Shown here in pieces: positions 36,177-47,959 of a stretch of 51,502 nt of DNA (positions within the stretch are counted from its first letter, which is position 1; every line of letters starts with the position of its first letter). The stretch comes from Escherichia coli (GTDB lineage: Bacteria > Pseudomonadota > Gammaproteobacteria > Enterobacterales > Enterobacteriaceae): the NCBI RefSeq assembly GCF_003334255.1, contig NZ_QOWU01000037.1; one strand, written 5' to 3'. The notes below the pieces were generated by a model, which made no database searches, was not told the origin of the DNA, and saw only the letters and a program-made list of their open reading frames with translations. The position numbers and the translations under genes are program-made.

Positions 36177-36256
36177 CAACCACTGAATGCATTTTTCTGG
36201 CAGCGGGCTTCATATTCTGTGTGCTTATGCTTGCCGACATGGGGCTTGTTCAATGA
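36173..36256 (+). CDS. 27-aa hydrophobic peptide ORF; not in the ORF track
   Basis: MTTTECIFLAAGFIFCVLMLADMGLVQ. Both ends are coupled by ATGA overlaps to the neighbouring ORFs. Confidence 0.3.
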   Translation: MTTTECIFLAAGFIFCVLMLADMGLVQ

Positions 36257-36468
36257 CACCTCAGCAAGAAAACGCCCTTCGCAGCATTGCCCGTCAGGCT
36301 AATTCTGAAATCAAAAAAGCCAGACAGCAGTTTCCGGATAAAAACGTCGATGACATTTGCCGTAGCGTACTAAAGAAGCACCGCGAAACGGTAACGCTGA
36401 TGGGATTCACACCGACTCATTTAAGCCTGGCGATCGGCATGTTGAACGGCGTCTTTAAGGAACGGTGA
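36253..36468 (+). CDS. Hypothetical early protein (71 aa from MTPQQ)
   Basis: The ORF is coupled to the preceding small ORF and is followed by a terminator. Confidence 0.5.
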   Translation: MTPQQENALRSIARQANSEIKKARQQFPDKNVDDICRSVLKKHRETVTLMGFTPTHLSLAIGMLNGVFKER

Positions 36469-36490
36469 ACATGAAAAGCAAAATCATCAG

Positions 36491-36511
36491 GGAGCTACAG
36501 GCTCCTTTTTT
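36491..36511 (+). terminator. Rho-independent terminator inside the pL operon (tL-like)
   Basis: ggagc-tacag-gctcc followed by TTTTTT. Confidence 0.6.
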
Positions 36512-36566
36512 ATTGTTCGCATTCACCCTCAAGCGTATTAACCAACAATTCAGGGATTAATGGAAG

Positions 36567-36785
36567 ATGGCAGACATCATTGATTCAGCATCAGAAATTG
36601 AAGAATTACAGCGCAACACAGCAATAAAAATGCACCGCCTGAACCACCAGGCTATATCTGCCACTCATTGTTGTGAGTGTGGCGATCCGATAGATGAACT
36701 AAGACGTCTGGCCGTTCAGGGTTGTCGGACTTGTGCAAGTTGCCAGGAGGAGATCGAACTTAAGAACAAACAATGGGGATTGTGA
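36567..36785 (+). CDS. TraR/DksA-family C4 zinc-finger protein
   Basis: CCECGDPID...CRTCASCQ, a four-Cys motif in a 72-aa protein. Confidence 0.75.
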   Translation: MADIIDSASEIEELQRNTAIKMHRLNHQAISATHCCECGDPIDELRRLAVQGCRTCASCQEEIELKNKQWGL

Positions 36786-36833
36786 TGGCCTCAAAGCAGC
36801 AAATTTCAACATCAGTCCAACTGAGGTGTAAAA

Positions 36834-37112
36834 ATGTTCAGAATCATTTTTCCTAACACCTGGTACGTCGACCACCACGGCACTCCCTGCAAAATCCTGC
36901 GTTCTACCCACAACAAAGTTCACTACATCCGAAAAGGCAGAACATGTATCGCCAGCATGTTCCGCTTTAATCATGACTTTGAACCTGTGAATAAAGCTGA
37001 TGCAGATCGGATAGCAGAAGAGATCGAAACGGCAGAACACATTAAGAAGTTACGTGACATGCGTTCAAAAAGCAGAGGTAACCATGGAATCATACAGCCT
37101 CACACTCGATGA
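36834..37112 (+). CDS. Hypothetical early protein (92 aa)
   Basis: ORF in the operon upstream of xis. No motif recognised. Confidence 0.45.
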   Translation: MFRIIFPNTWYVDHHGTPCKILRSTHNKVHYIRKGRTCIASMFRFNHDFEPVNKADADRIAEEIETAEHIKKLRDMRSKSRGNHGIIQPHTR

Positions 37113-37434
37113 GGCCTGTCAGTTTCTCAAGATATCCAGACCTACCGCTACCAACTGGATACGAACAGGCCGCCTACAGGCAACACGCAAAGACCCCACT
37201 AAACCAAAATCTCCTTACCTCACAACGCGACAAGCCTGCATTGCGGCGCTTCAGTCTCCGCTGCATACTATCAAGGTGAGCGCGGGTGATGGCATAACAG
37301 AGGAAAGAAAATGTCACTCTTCCGCAGAGGTGAAATATGGTACGCCAGTTTCACATTGCCGAACGGTAAAAGATTTAAACAGTCTCTTGGAACAAAGGAC
37401 AAAAGGCAGGCGACAGAACTCCATGACAAGCTAA
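37084..37434 (+). CDS. xis: Excisionase, P22 type
   Basis: [45 protein letters not shown]..., 116 aa. It overlaps the int start by 124 nt, as in P22-type modules. Confidence 0.8.
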   Translation: MESYSLTLDEACQFLKISRPTATNWIRTGRLQATRKDPTKPKSPYLTTRQACIAALQSPLHTIKVSAGDGITEERKCHSSAEVKYGTPVSHCRTVKDLNSLLEQRTKGRRQNSMTS

Positions 37435-38474
37435 AGGCTGAAGCATGGCGGGTCAGCAAACTTGGTGAAATACCTGATATAACGTTCGAGGAAGCGTGTG
37501 TCAGGTGGCTTGAAGAGAAAGCACATAAAAAATCACTGGACGATGACAAAAGCCGGATCGGATTCTGGCTTCAACATTTCGCAGGAATGCAACTAAGAGA
37601 CATTACTGAATCAAAAATTTATTCAGCAATGCAGAAAATGACGAACCGGCGTCATGAGGAAAACTGGAAACTCAGGGCAGAAGCATGCAGAAAAAAAGGG
37701 AAACCTGTTCCAGAATACACGCCAAAACCAGCGTCCGTTGCAACGAAGGCTACGCATCTTTCATTTATAAAGGCCCTACTAAGAGCCGCAGAGCGTGAAT
37801 GGAAAATGCTGGATAAGGCACCAATTATTAAAGTGCCTCAACCAAAGAATAAACGGATCCGCTGGCTGGAGCCCCATGAAGCACAAAGGCTGATTGATGA
37901 ATGTCCGGAGCCATTAAAGTCTGTTGTTGAATTTGCACTGGCAACAGGCTTAAGACGCTCGAACATCATCAACCTTGAATGGCAACAAATAGATATGCAG
38001 CGCCGGGTGGCATGGATAAACCCGGAAGAGAGTAAATCAAACCGCGCAATCGGCGTTGCGCTGAATGATACTGCATGTCGCGTTTTGAAAAAACAAATCG
38101 GGAATCATCACCGTTGGGTATTTGTGTACAAGGAAAGCTGTACCAAACCAGACGGAACGAAAGCGCCAACAGTAAGGAAGATGCGGTATGACGCAAACAC
38201 AGCCTGGAAAGCAGCGCTGAGGCGGGCTGGTATTGATGATTTCAGATTTCACGACTTGAGACACACCTGGGCAAGTTGGCTGGTTCAAGCCGGAGTCCCG
38301 TTGTCAGTGTTACAGGAAATGGGAGGCTGGGAGTCTATCGAAATGGTTCGTCGATATGCTCACCTTGCACCTAATCACCTTACCGAACACGCACGGCAAA
38401 TAGACTCGATCCTGAACCCATCGGTCCCAAATTCGTCCCAGTCAAAAAATAAGGAAGGTACTAATGATGTGTAA
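37311..38474 (+). CDS. int: Tyrosine integrase, P22/SfV type (thrW-specific)
   Basis: 387 aa beginning [38 protein letters not shown]..., with catalytic R..HDLRHTW..Y motifs. The stop is 14 nt from the tRNA 3' end. Confidence 0.95.
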   Translation: MSLFRRGEIWYASFTLPNGKRFKQSLGTKDKRQATELHDKLKAEAWRVSKLGEIPDITFEEACVRWLEEKAHKKSLDDDKSRIGFWLQHFAGMQLRDITESKIYSAMQKMTNRRHEENWKLRAEACRKKGKPVPEYTPKPASVATKATHLSFIKALLRAAEREWKMLDKAPIIKVPQPKNKRIRWLEPHEAQRLIDECPEPLKSVVEFALATGLRRSNIINLEWQQIDMQRRVAWINPEESKSNRAIGVALNDTACRVLKKQIGNHHRWVFVYKESCTKPDGTKAPTVRKMRYDANTAWKAALRRAGIDDFRFHDLRHTWASWLVQAGVPLSVLQEMGGWESIEMVRRYAHLAPNHLTEHARQIDSILNPSVPNSSQSKNKEGTNDV

Positions 38475-38488
38475 CTTATTGATTTAAA

Positions 38489-38564
38489 TGGTGCCGATAA
38501 TAGGAGTCGAACCTACGACCTTCGCATTACGAATGCGCTGCTCTACCAACTGAGCTATATCGGC
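38489..38564 (-). tRNA. thrW: tRNA-Thr (anticodon CGT)
   Basis: The reverse complement, GCCGATATAGCTCAGTTGGTAGAGCAGCGCATTCGTAATGCGAAGGTCGTAGGTTCGACTCCTATTATCGGCACCA, folds as a cloverleaf with a TTCGTAA anticodon loop and a CCA end. Confidence 0.95.
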
Positions 38565-38678
38565 CCTGAAAGGACATGTTCACGAACGTGAATCACGGTG
38601 GACAAGGTTAAAACTAACCGGGCGATGCGTCAATGGCCTTGTGAATCAAATGGCTACTTTTGCATCACCCGGTTTTAT

Positions 38679-39932
38679 TTACGCACGAATGGTGTAATCA
38701 CCAATGCCGATCCACTTGTAAGTGGTCAGTGCTTCCAGCCCCATTGGGCCACGCGCGTGGAGTTTTTGTGTGCTTACCGCCACTTCCGCACCCAGACCAA
38801 ACTGGCCGCCGTCGGTAAAACGCGTAGAGGCGTTAACGTAAACAGCGGACGAATCCACTTCGTTAACAAAACGCTGGGCGTTGCGCATATCGCGGGTCAG
38901 GATCGCATCGGAGTGTTGTGTGCCGTGTTCACGAATATGGGCGATGGCATCGTCAAGATCGCTGACGATTTTGACGTTCAAATCTAATGACAGAAACTCA
39001 TCGTCATACTCTTCGGCTTTAACAGCAACCACCTTCGCAGGGCCTGCCTGCAACTGCGCCAGTGCAGCTGCATCTGCGTGTAATGTCACGCCGCTTTCCG
39101 CCATTTGTTTGCTTAATGCGGGCAGGAAGCTATCGGCGATGTTTTTATTCACCAGCAACGTTTCAACCGTATTACATGTGCTCGGACGCTGAGTTTTCGC
39201 GTTGACGATCACTTTTAATGCTTCAGCGATCTCTACACTTTCATCAACGTAAATATGGCATACGCCTATACCACCTGTGATCACCGGGATTGTCGACTGT
39301 TCACGGCACAGTTTATGCAAACCAGCGCCACCACGCGGGATCAGCATGTCGATGTATTTATCCATACGCAGCATTTCACTGACCAGCGCACGGTCAGGAT
39401 TATCAATCGCCTGCACGGCACCCGCCGGTAAGCCGCAGGATTTCAGGGCGTCCTGAATCACCGCCACCGTTGCAGCGTTAGTGCGACACGTTTCTTTGCC
39501 ACCGCGCAGGATCACCGCATTACCGGTTTTCAGGCACAGCGAAGCGACATCAACCGTCACGTTCGGGCGCGCTTCATAAATCACGCCAATAACCCCCAGC
39601 GGTACGCGACGACGCTCAAGACGCAGGCCGCTGTCCAGTACGCCGCCATCGATTACCTGCCCCACCGGATCGGCGAGGTTGCACACCTGACGTACATCGT
39701 CGGCAATGCCTTTCAGCCGTGCGGGCGTCAGTGCCAGACGGTCAAGCATCGCTTCGCTAAGGCCATTGGCTCGCGCGTCAGCAACATCCTGGGCGTTAGC
39801 GTTGAGGATGATTTCGCTTTGTGCTTCCAGTTCATCGGCGATTTTTTCCAGCACGCGATTTTTTTCGCGGCTGGAGAGTTGCGCTAATTTATACGAGGCT
39901 TGCTTCGCGGCAATGCCCATTTGTTCCAGCAT
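38679..39932 (-). CDS. proA: Gamma-glutamyl phosphate reductase
   Basis: 417 aa beginning [38 protein letters not shown]. Confidence 0.97.
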
Positions 39933-39943
39933 CAGCCTGCTCC

Positions 39944-41047
39944 TTAACGGGTAATCATGTCATCACGGTGAACGGCAACCGGGCCGTATTCATATCCCAG
40001 TATTGCATCAATTTCTTGCGAGTGGTGTCCGGCAATACGGCGTAATGCATCGCTGTTGTAACGACTGACGCCGTGGGCGATATCGCGGCCTTCGAGGTTG
40101 CAAATGCGGATGACTTCACCACGCGAGAAATTGCCAGTCACGCTTTTAATGCCTTTCGGCAACAGGGAGCTGCCGCGTTCCAGAATGGCGGCAGTTGCCC
40201 CTTCATCTACCGTGATTTCACCCGCCGGCGGCGCACCGAAAATCCAGCGTTTACGGTTTTCAAGCGGAGTCGCCTGGGCATGGAACAGCGTACCGACGGA
40301 AATGCCTTCCATCACATCACCAATAACGCCCGGCTTGCTGCCCGCGGCAATAATGGTGTCGATACCCGCACGGCAAGCCACGTCAGCGGCCTGCAATTTG
40401 GTACTCATGCCGCCAGTTCCGAGGCCTGAAACGCTGTCACCGGCAATCGCGCGCAGTGCGTCATCAATGCCGTAAACATCTTTAATCAGTTCTGCCTGCG
40501 GATTGCTGCGCGGGTCAGCGGTATACAAACCTTTTTGATCGGTCAGCAGCAACAGTTTATCGGCACCCGCAAGAATCGCCGCCAGCGCAGAAAGGTTATC
40601 GTTATCGCCGACCTTAATCTCTGCCGTAGCGACAGCATCGTTCTCATTGATTACCGGAACGATATTGTTATCGAGCAACGCTCGCAGGGTGTCGCGGGCG
40701 TTCAGGAAGCGTTCACGGTCTTCCATATCAGCACGGGTCAGCAGCATTTGCCCGACGTGAATGCCATAAATCGAAAACAGCTGTTCCCACAGTTGAATCA
40801 GTCGACTCTGCCCTACCGCCGCCAGCAGTTGTTTCGAGGCGATGGTCGCTGGCAGTTCCGGGTAACCCAGGTGCTCACGTCCGGCGGCGATCGCGCCCGA
40901 CGTCACAATAACAATCCGATGCCCGGCGGCATGTAACTGCGCGCACTGGCGAACAAGTTCAACGATATGGGCACGGTTCAGACGGCGCGATCCGCCTGTT
41001 AGCACACTGGTGCCGAGTTTTACCACCAGCGTCTGGCTGTCACTCAT
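39944..41047 (-). CDS. proB: Glutamate 5-kinase
   Basis: 367 aa from [19 protein letters not shown]. The ORF-track N-terminal extension is rejected. Confidence 0.97.
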
Positions 41048-41235
41048 GATTCTCTGCCATTCAATTTTAGGAAAAATGATATCAAACGAACGTTTTAGCA
41101 GGACTGTCGTCGGTTGCCAACCATCTGCGAGCAAAGCATGGCGTTTTGTTGCGCGGGATCAGCAAGCCTAGCGGCAGTTGTTTACGCTTTTATTACAGAT
41201 TTAATAAATTACCACATTTTAAGAATATTATTAAT

Positions 41236-41253
41236 CTGTAATATATCTTTAAC
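41236..41253 (+). promoter_or_regulatory. Pho box in the phoE promoter
   Basis: ctgtaatatatctttaac resembles the CTGTCAT-A(A/T)A(A/T)-CTGT(C/A)A(C/T) PhoB site and lies about 80 bp upstream of phoE. Confidence 0.5.
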
Positions 41254-41334
41254 AATCTCAGGTTAAAAACTTTCCTGTTTTCAACGGGACTCTCCCGCTG
41301 AATATTCGCGCGTTAATTAAAATCAGGAATGAAA

Positions 41335-42390
41335 ATGAAAAAGAGCACTCTGGCATTAGTGGTGATGGGCATTGTGGCATCTGCATCTGTACAGGCTGCA
41401 GAAATATATAATAAAGACGGTAATAAACTGGATGTCTATGGCAAAGTTAAAGCCATGCATTATATGAGTGATAACGCCAGTAAAGATGGCGACCAGAGTT
41501 ATATCCGTTTTGGTTTTAAAGGCGAAACACAAATTAACGATCAACTGACTGGTTATGGTCGTTGGGAAGCAGAGTTTGCCGGTAATAAAGCAGAGAGTGA
41601 TACTGCACAGCAAAAAACGCGTCTCGCTTTTGCCGGGTTGAAATATAAAGATTTGGGTTCTTTCGATTATGGTCGTAACCTGGGGGCGTTGTATGACGTG
41701 GAAGCCTGGACCGATATGTTCCCGGAATTTGGTGGCGATTCCTCGGCGCAGACCGACAACTTTATGACCAAACGCGCCAGCGGTCTGGCGACGTATCGGA
41801 ACACCGACTTCTTCGGCGTTATCGATGGCCTGAACTTAACCCTGCAATATCAAGGGAAAAACGAAAACCGCGACGTTAAAAAGCAAAACGGCGATGGCTT
41901 CGGCACGTCATTGACATATGACTTTGGCGGCAGCGATTTCGCCATTAGTGGGGCCTATACCAACTCAGATCGCACCAACGAGCAGAACCTGCAAAGCCGT
42001 GGCACAGGCAAGCGTGCAGAAGCATGGGCAACAGGTCTGAAATACGATGCCAATAATATTTATCTGGCAACTTTCTATTCTGAAACACGCAAAATGACGC
42101 CAATAACTGGCGGCTTTGCCAATAAGACACAGAACTTTGAAGCGGTCGCTCAATACCAGTTTGACTTTGGTCTGCGTCCATCGCTGGGTTATGTCTTATC
42201 GAAAGGGAAAGATATTGAAGGTATCGGTGATGAAGATCTGGTCAATTATATCGACGTCGGTGCTACGTATTATTTCAACAAAAATATGTCAGCGTTTGTT
42301 GATTATAAAATCAACCAACTGGATAGCGATAACAAATTGAATATTAATAATGATGATATTGTCGCGGTTGGCATGACGTATCAGTTTTAA
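41335..42390 (+). CDS. phoE: Phosphoporin PhoE
   Basis: [38 protein letters not shown]..., 351 aa. Confidence 0.95.
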   Translation: MKKSTLALVVMGIVASASVQAAEIYNKDGNKLDVYGKVKAMHYMSDNASKDGDQSYIRFGFKGETQINDQLTGYGRWEAEFAGNKAESDTAQQKTRLAFAGLKYKDLGSFDYGRNLGALYDVEAWTDMFPEFGGDSSAQTDNFMTKRASGLATYRNTDFFGVIDGLNLTLQYQGKNENRDVKKQNGDGFGTSLTYDFGGSDFAISGAYTNSDRTNEQNLQSRGTGKRAEAWATGLKYDANNIYLATFYSETRKMTPITGGFANKTQNFEAVAQYQFDFGLRPSLGYVLSKGKDIEGIGDEDLVNYIDVGATYYFNKNMSAFVDYKINQLDSDNKLNINNDDIVAVGMTYQF

Positions 42391-42398
42391 TGAATATT

Positions 42399-42419
42399 GC
42401 CGGATGTGATGCATCCGGC
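42399..42419. terminator. Hairpin between convergent phoE and crl
   Basis: gccggatg-tgatg-catccggc. Confidence 0.45.
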
Positions 42420-42428
42420 ACATTTCAC

Positions 42429-42887
<459 letters not shown>

Positions 42888-44132
42888 TTAACACAAGCGT
42901 TTTTCGATCCAGTCGGTGATTTCCTGAAGACCTTTGTCAAAATTCCGATACACCGGGTTAAATGGGATCTCTAATAATTTACCGTCAGCAGATGATGAGG
43001 TGATTAAGCGTGAGTCCTCTTCCGGGCTGAACGGATCGTTCTTCCAGTAGCCTGATAACATTGGCGTTGGGCAGCGACGTCCCAGCAATCCTTGCACTTT
43101 TAATGAATAGCGATTCAGCTCCACGCGCAACGCTTCATCGGAAGCATCATGCATCCCCAAACGACTGGCCAGAACGTCAAGATACATTTCCGGCACCTGT
43201 TGCTGGCACTTAAAATCACTCAACAGGGTATGAACTACCGGACCAAGACAGGCAACCGCTTTCAGACGCGGCGATTCAAGGTATGCCAGACGCACGGCAA
43301 CGTTAGCGCCGAAACGGAAACCAAAGGCCGCGACGCGAGTGTGATCCACCCACGGTACGTTAGGCAGCGCCTTTAAGACGTGCTGATGCAACAGGCTGGA
43401 GTCCTGGGTGAGCTTCCATTTTGAAGAAAAGCCCACCGACGGCATATCAATAGTCAGCATCGCAATGCCGCGCGGCGCAAAATAACGTTCATACAGGCTG
43501 TAATAGTCCGTCTGCATCGCATCCAGACCACCACACATTAATACCGTCGGGAACGGGCCATCGCCTTTCGGCATATGCAAAAAGCCGGTGATGGGCGCAC
43601 CGCCGGGTACGGTAAACTCCATCTGCCGCATCGTGCCCGGTAGACGCTGAGCGGCCTCTTCATAGGCGCGGTTTGACAAAGCCTGCGCTTGCTCGGCCAG
43701 GTCATCTCCTTTCAGATGAGGATAGGCGGCAATGTTGTACAACGTAGCCGCATGCAGCCAGTGACGACCACTGAGTTGCGGATCGTCTTCCGCACAGGCT
43801 TTTTGTTGCCACACCATCGCCTGGGTGGCCCACTCATAAATCCAGTTGCCGCCACGGTAGCCAATCACCGTATCGTATAAATCATCGTCGGTACGTTCGG
43901 CATCGCTCATCACAATACGTGCCTGGACGTCGAGGATTTCGCGTGGGTCAATGCCGCGCCAGATCCACATCAGACGGTTAATCATGCGATACCAGTGAGG
44001 GATGGTTTTACCATCAAGGGCCGACTGCACAGGCGGTTGTGCGCCGTGATTAAAGCGGCGGACTAGCGTCGAGGTTTCAGGATGTTTAAAGCGGGGTTTG
44101 AACAGGGTTTCGCTCAGGTTTGCCTGTGTCAT
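42888..44132 (-). CDS. frsA: Fermentation/respiration switch esterase FrsA
   Basis: [43 protein letters not shown]..., 414 aa. Confidence 0.97.
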
Positions 44133-44223
44133 GGATGCAGCCTCCAGAATACTTACTGGAAACTATTGTAACCCGCCTGAAGTTAAAAAGAACAACGCCC
44201 GGCAGTGCCAGGCGTTGAAAAGA

Positions 44224-44682
44224 TTAGCGACCGGAGATTGGCGGGACGAATACGACGCCCATATCCCACGGCTGTTCAATCCAGGTATCTTGCGGGATAT
44301 CAACAACATAGTCATCAACCAGCGGACGACCAGCCGGTTTTGCGAAGATGGTGACAAAGTGCGCTTTTGGATACATTTCACGAATCGCAACCGCAGTACC
44401 ACCGGTATCCACCAGGTCATCAATAACGATGAAGCCTTCGCCATCGCCTTCTGCGCGTTTCAGCACTTTAAGCTCGCGCTGGTTGTCGTGATCGTAGCTG
44501 GAAATACAAACGGTATCGACATGACGAATACCCAGTTCACGCGCCAGTAACGCACCCGGTACCAGACCGCCACGGCTTACGGCAATAATGCCTTTCCATT
44601 GTTCAGAAGGCATCAGTCGGCTTGCGAGTTTACGTGCATGGATCTGCAACATGTCCCAGGTGACGATGTATTTTTCGCTCAT
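44224..44682 (-). CDS. gpt: Xanthine-guanine phosphoribosyltransferase
   Basis: [39 protein letters not shown]..., 152 aa. Confidence 0.97.
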
Positions 44683-44942
44683 GTGAAGTGTCCCAGCCTG
44701 TTTATCTACGGCTTAAAAAGTGTTCGAGGGGAAAATAGGTTGCGCGAGATTATAGAGATCTGGCGCACTAAAAACCAGTATTTCACATGAGTCCGCGTCT
44801 TTTTACGCACTGCCTCTCCCTGACGCGGGATAAAGTGGTATTCTCAAACATATCTCGCAAGCCTGTCTTGTGTTGACAACATTTTCTGCTAACCCTGTGA
44901 CCTGCAATACTGTTTTGCGGGTGATCGACAAGGAGACTTAAC

Positions 44943-46400
44943 GTGTCTGAACTGTCTCAATTATCTCCACAGCCGCTGTGGGATATTTTTGCCAAAATCT
45001 GTTCTATTCCTCACCCGTCCTATCATGAAGAGCAACTCGCTGAATACATTGTTGGTTGGGCAAAAGAGAAAGGTTTCCATGTCGAACGCGATCAGGTAGG
45101 TAATATCCTGATTCGTAAACCTGCTACCGCAGGTATGGAAAATCGTAAACCGGTCGTCTTACAGGCCCACCTCGATATGGTGCCGCAGAAAAATAACGAC
45201 ACCGTGCATGACTTCACGAAAGATCCTATCCAGCCTTATATTGATGGCGAATGGGTTAAAGCGCGCGGCACCACGCTGGGTGCGGATAACGGCATTGGTA
45301 TGGCCTCTGCGCTGGCGGTTCTGGCTGACGAAAACGTGGTTCACGGCCCGCTGGAAGTGCTGCTGACCATGACCGAAGAAGCCGGTATGGACGGTGCGTT
45401 CGGCTTACAGGGCAACTGGTTGCAGGCTGATATTCTGATTAACACCGACTCCGAAGAAGAAGGTGAAATCTACATGGGTTGTGCGGGGGGTATCGACTTC
45501 ACCTCCAACCTGCATTTAGATCGTGAAGCGGTTCCAGCTGGTTTTGAAACCTTCAAGTTAACCTTAAAAGGTCTGAAAGGCGGTCACTCCGGCGGGGAAA
45601 TCCACGTTGGGCTGGGTAATGCCAACAAACTGCTGGTGCGCTTCCTGGCGGGTCATGCGGAAGAACTGGATCTGCGCCTTATCGATTTCAACGGCGGCAC
45701 ACTGCGTAACGCCATCCCGCGTGAAGCCTTTGCGACCATTGCTGTCGCAGCTGATAAAGTCGACGTCCTGAAATCTCTGGTGAATACCTATCAGGAGATC
45801 CTGAAAAACGAGCTGGCAGAAAAAGAGAAAAATCTGGCCTTGTTGCTGGACTCTGTAGCGAACGATAAAGCTGCCCTGATTGCGAAATCTCGCGATACCT
45901 TTATTCGTCTGCTGAACGCCACCCCGAACGGTGTGATTCGTAACTCCGATGTAGCCAAAGGTGTGGTTGAAACCTCCCTGAACGTCGGTGTGGTGACCAT
46001 GACTGACAATAACGTAGAAATTCACTGCCTGATCCGTTCACTGATCGACAGCGGTAAAGACTACGTGGTGAGCATGCTGGATTCGCTGGGTAAACTGGCT
46101 GGCGCGAAAACCGAAGCGAAAGGCGCATATCCTGGCTGGCAGCCGGACGCTAATTCTCCGGTGATGCATCTGGTACGTGAAACCTATCAGCGCCTGTTCA
46201 ACAAGACGCCGAACATCCAGATTATCCACGCGGGCCTGGAATGTGGTCTGTTCAAAAAACCGTATCCGGAAATGGACATGGTTTCTATCGGGCCAACTAT
46301 CACCGGTCCACACTCTCCGGATGAGCAAGTTCACATCGAAAGCGTAGGTCATTACTGGACACTGCTGACTGAACTGCTGAAAGAAATTCCGGCGAAGTAA
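44943..46400 (+). CDS. pepD: Aminoacyl-histidine dipeptidase PepD
   Basis: GTG start. MSELSQLSPQPLWDIFAKICSIPHPSYHEEQLAEYIVGWAKEKG..., 485 aa. Confidence 0.97.
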   Translation: MSELSQLSPQPLWDIFAKICSIPHPSYHEEQLAEYIVGWAKEKGFHVERDQVGNILIRKPATAGMENRKPVVLQAHLDMVPQKNNDTVHDFTKDPIQPYIDGEWVKARGTTLGADNGIGMASALAVLADENVVHGPLEVLLTMTEEAGMDGAFGLQGNWLQADILINTDSEEEGEIYMGCAGGIDFTSNLHLDREAVPAGFETFKLTLKGLKGGHSGGEIHVGLGNANKLLVRFLAGHAEELDLRLIDFNGGTLRNAIPREAFATIAVAADKVDVLKSLVNTYQEILKNELAEKEKNLALLLDSVANDKAALIAKSRDTFIRLLNATPNGVIRNSDVAKGVVETSLNVGVVTMTDNNVEIHCLIRSLIDSGKDYVVSMLDSLGKLAGAKTEAKGAYPGWQPDANSPVMHLVRETYQRLFNKTPNIQIIHAGLECGLFKKPYPEMDMVSIGPTITGPHSPDEQVHIESVGHYWTLLTELLKEIPAK

Positions 46401-46412
46401 TTATTTGATTTG

Positions 46413-46444
46413 CTGCCGGATGGCGTTTAATCGCCTTCCGGCAG
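46413..46444. terminator. REP-like hairpin / terminator between pepD and prfH
   Basis: ctgccggatggcg-tttaat-cgccttccggcag forms a 12-bp stem with one mismatch, followed by ttt. Confidence 0.55.
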
Positions 46445-46456
46445 TTTCATCCTTCA

Positions 46457-46981
46457 TTATCCTTCGATAAAAGCCATCCCTGTAAATGTCCGTCGCGGGT
46501 TGCCACGTTCAATCTGGTGATGGAACATTCGCCGCTGCGATTTCAGCGCCGCGCTATTTTCCTGTTGCTGTTGCTCCAGCTTCCAGGCAATCAGCAATCG
46601 TGCCAGCCGCTTGTTAGCATGCTGACTACGCTCTGACTGAACCTTCACGCTAATACCGGATGCCAAATGCGTGGCGCGTACCGCCGAGTCGGTTTTATTG
46701 ACATGTTGACCGCCCGGCCCCGACGAACGCAGCGTCTCATAACGGATTGCATCCGATTGTTCCTGCTCATCAGCGGTAAAACGCCCAATGCCCAGAAACC
46801 AGTTTTTGCGCCCATGATGAGGCCGATACGGACTCGGACAAATCCACTGAATAGTGCCACACCAGCTTTCGCTTAATGCCCATGCGTTATCGCCATCGAG
46901 AGAAACCAGCGCCGAACGCAGTGTGTCAGAGTAGCGGCCCGTTTCTGTTTCCAGCACCGTTACCGCGACGTCTTGCCGGGT
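46457..46981 (-). pseudogene. prfH: prfH (RF-H peptide chain release factor homologue), 5'-truncated
   Basis: Homology begins at ..[19 protein letters not shown] and runs to the normal C-terminus, including [13 protein letters not shown]. The N-terminal roughly 35 aa of full-length PrfH are missing. Confidence 0.8.
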
Positions 46982-46994
46982 AAAAACGACCAAC

Positions 46995-47180
46995 AGAGAA
47001 GAACGCTGCGCCAATCGGGTAGCCGCGTCCGGGGTGTAAATCTGGCATCCCCACTACGCGCTGCATGTTGGGTAAATTTGCCGTGGTGTGTAATTGTTGG
47101 ATCGCTAAACTCTCGATCCACAGGTCATCAGATGCGATGGTAAATACCGCATCGGATAAGGGACGAATATATTTGCCCAT
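46995..47180 (-). pseudogene. ykfJ: RtcB-family RNA ligase N-terminal fragment (ykfJ-type remnant)
   Basis: [62 protein letters not shown], after which the frame runs out of homology into prfH sequence. Confidence 0.75.
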
Positions 47181-47193
47181 GTACCATTCCATT

Positions 47194-47320
47194 TATACTC
47201 GTCATACTTCAAGTTGCATGTACTGCGACTGCGTTCGTTCACCCCAGTCACTTACTTATGTAAGCTCCTGGCGATTCACTCGCTTGTCGCCTTCCTGCAA
47301 CTCGAATTATTTAGAGTATA
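47194..47320. repeat. ERIC (IRU) element, full-length 127 bp
   Basis: Contains both classic ERIC primer regions: caccccagtcacttactt (reverse complement of ERIC2) and atgtaagctcctggcgattcac (ERIC1R with one mismatch). The ends tatactc...gagtata are palindromic. Confidence 0.85.
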
Positions 47321-47497
47321 TAAATATAAAAATCAGGAAATGGCAGACGAATCCAGGGCAAGAAAAAAAGAATTAATCCTGGAAAGGTCTGCAAAGAGTC
47401 ATTGATAAAGGATTTGTCATGATTTACCTCCTTGCAGTTTGTGGAATCAGAAAACGCGCACATACCAGGCGGGCGTTATTTTCATTGCAAGCTGGAT

Positions 47498-47950
47498 TTA
47501 ATGTTGCGGTTTATATCGCATATAAAAATTAGTAAACCACGCTCCCCGGCATTCAACGCGCTGCTGCTTAACTGTCTGAAAACCATAACGTTCAAAAAAG
47601 GGTTTTGCGGTTATGCTTGCGTCCACCGTAAGTTCGGATTCAGACTTAATCAAAGGTTTTAACAAAGCGCTGGCAACCCCACGGCGGGTGTATTCAGGGT
47701 CAACAAATAACATATCGATATAATGTTCAATGCGGGAAATAAAACCAACCGGTTGTGCATTAATGATCGCAACCCACACTTGTGATTTCGCGAGTTTCTC
47801 CTTCCAGCGAGATTCGTCAATCTGCGCCCAGGCGGAAATTTGTTGTGGTGAATAATGCTGACTGGCGGTCATCGTAACCGCTCTAATGAAAATAGCGCAT
47901 AGTTGCTGAAAATCGCCAGGCTGATAGTTTCTTATTTGTATGTTATTCAT
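47498..47950 (-). CDS. yafP: GNAT acetyltransferase YafP
   Basis: MNNIQIRNYQPGDFQQLCAIFIRAV..., 150 aa, the last gene of the dinB operon. Confidence 0.9.
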   Translation of the reverse strand: MNNIQIRNYQPGDFQQLCAIFIRAVTMTASQHYSPQQISAWAQIDESRWKEKLAKSQVWVAIINAQPVGFISRIEHYIDMLFVDPEYTRRGVASALLKPLIKSESELTVDASITAKPFFERYGFQTVKQQRVECRGAWFTNFYMRYKPQH

Positions 47951-47959
47951 AATATAAAT

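Noticed and set aside
37311-37434. 124-nt overlap of xis and int as a possible annotation error or frameshift.
   Set aside because: Both reading frames match the P22-type proteins over their full lengths, and the overlap is a known feature of this module.
38598-38987. 129-aa + strand ORF overlapping the 3' end of proA.
   Set aside because: It is antisense to a highly conserved gene and has no motif. It is a typical shadow ORF.
41048-41134. N-terminal 29-aa extension of proB in the ORF track.
   Set aside because: Reference ProB starts at [12 protein letters not shown]. The extension lies in the promoter region and has no support.
47339-47404. 21-aa ORF (MADESRARKKELILERSAKSH) between the ERIC element and yafP.
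   Set aside because: It is very short, has no Shine-Dalgarno, and I cannot tie it to a known small protein with confidence.
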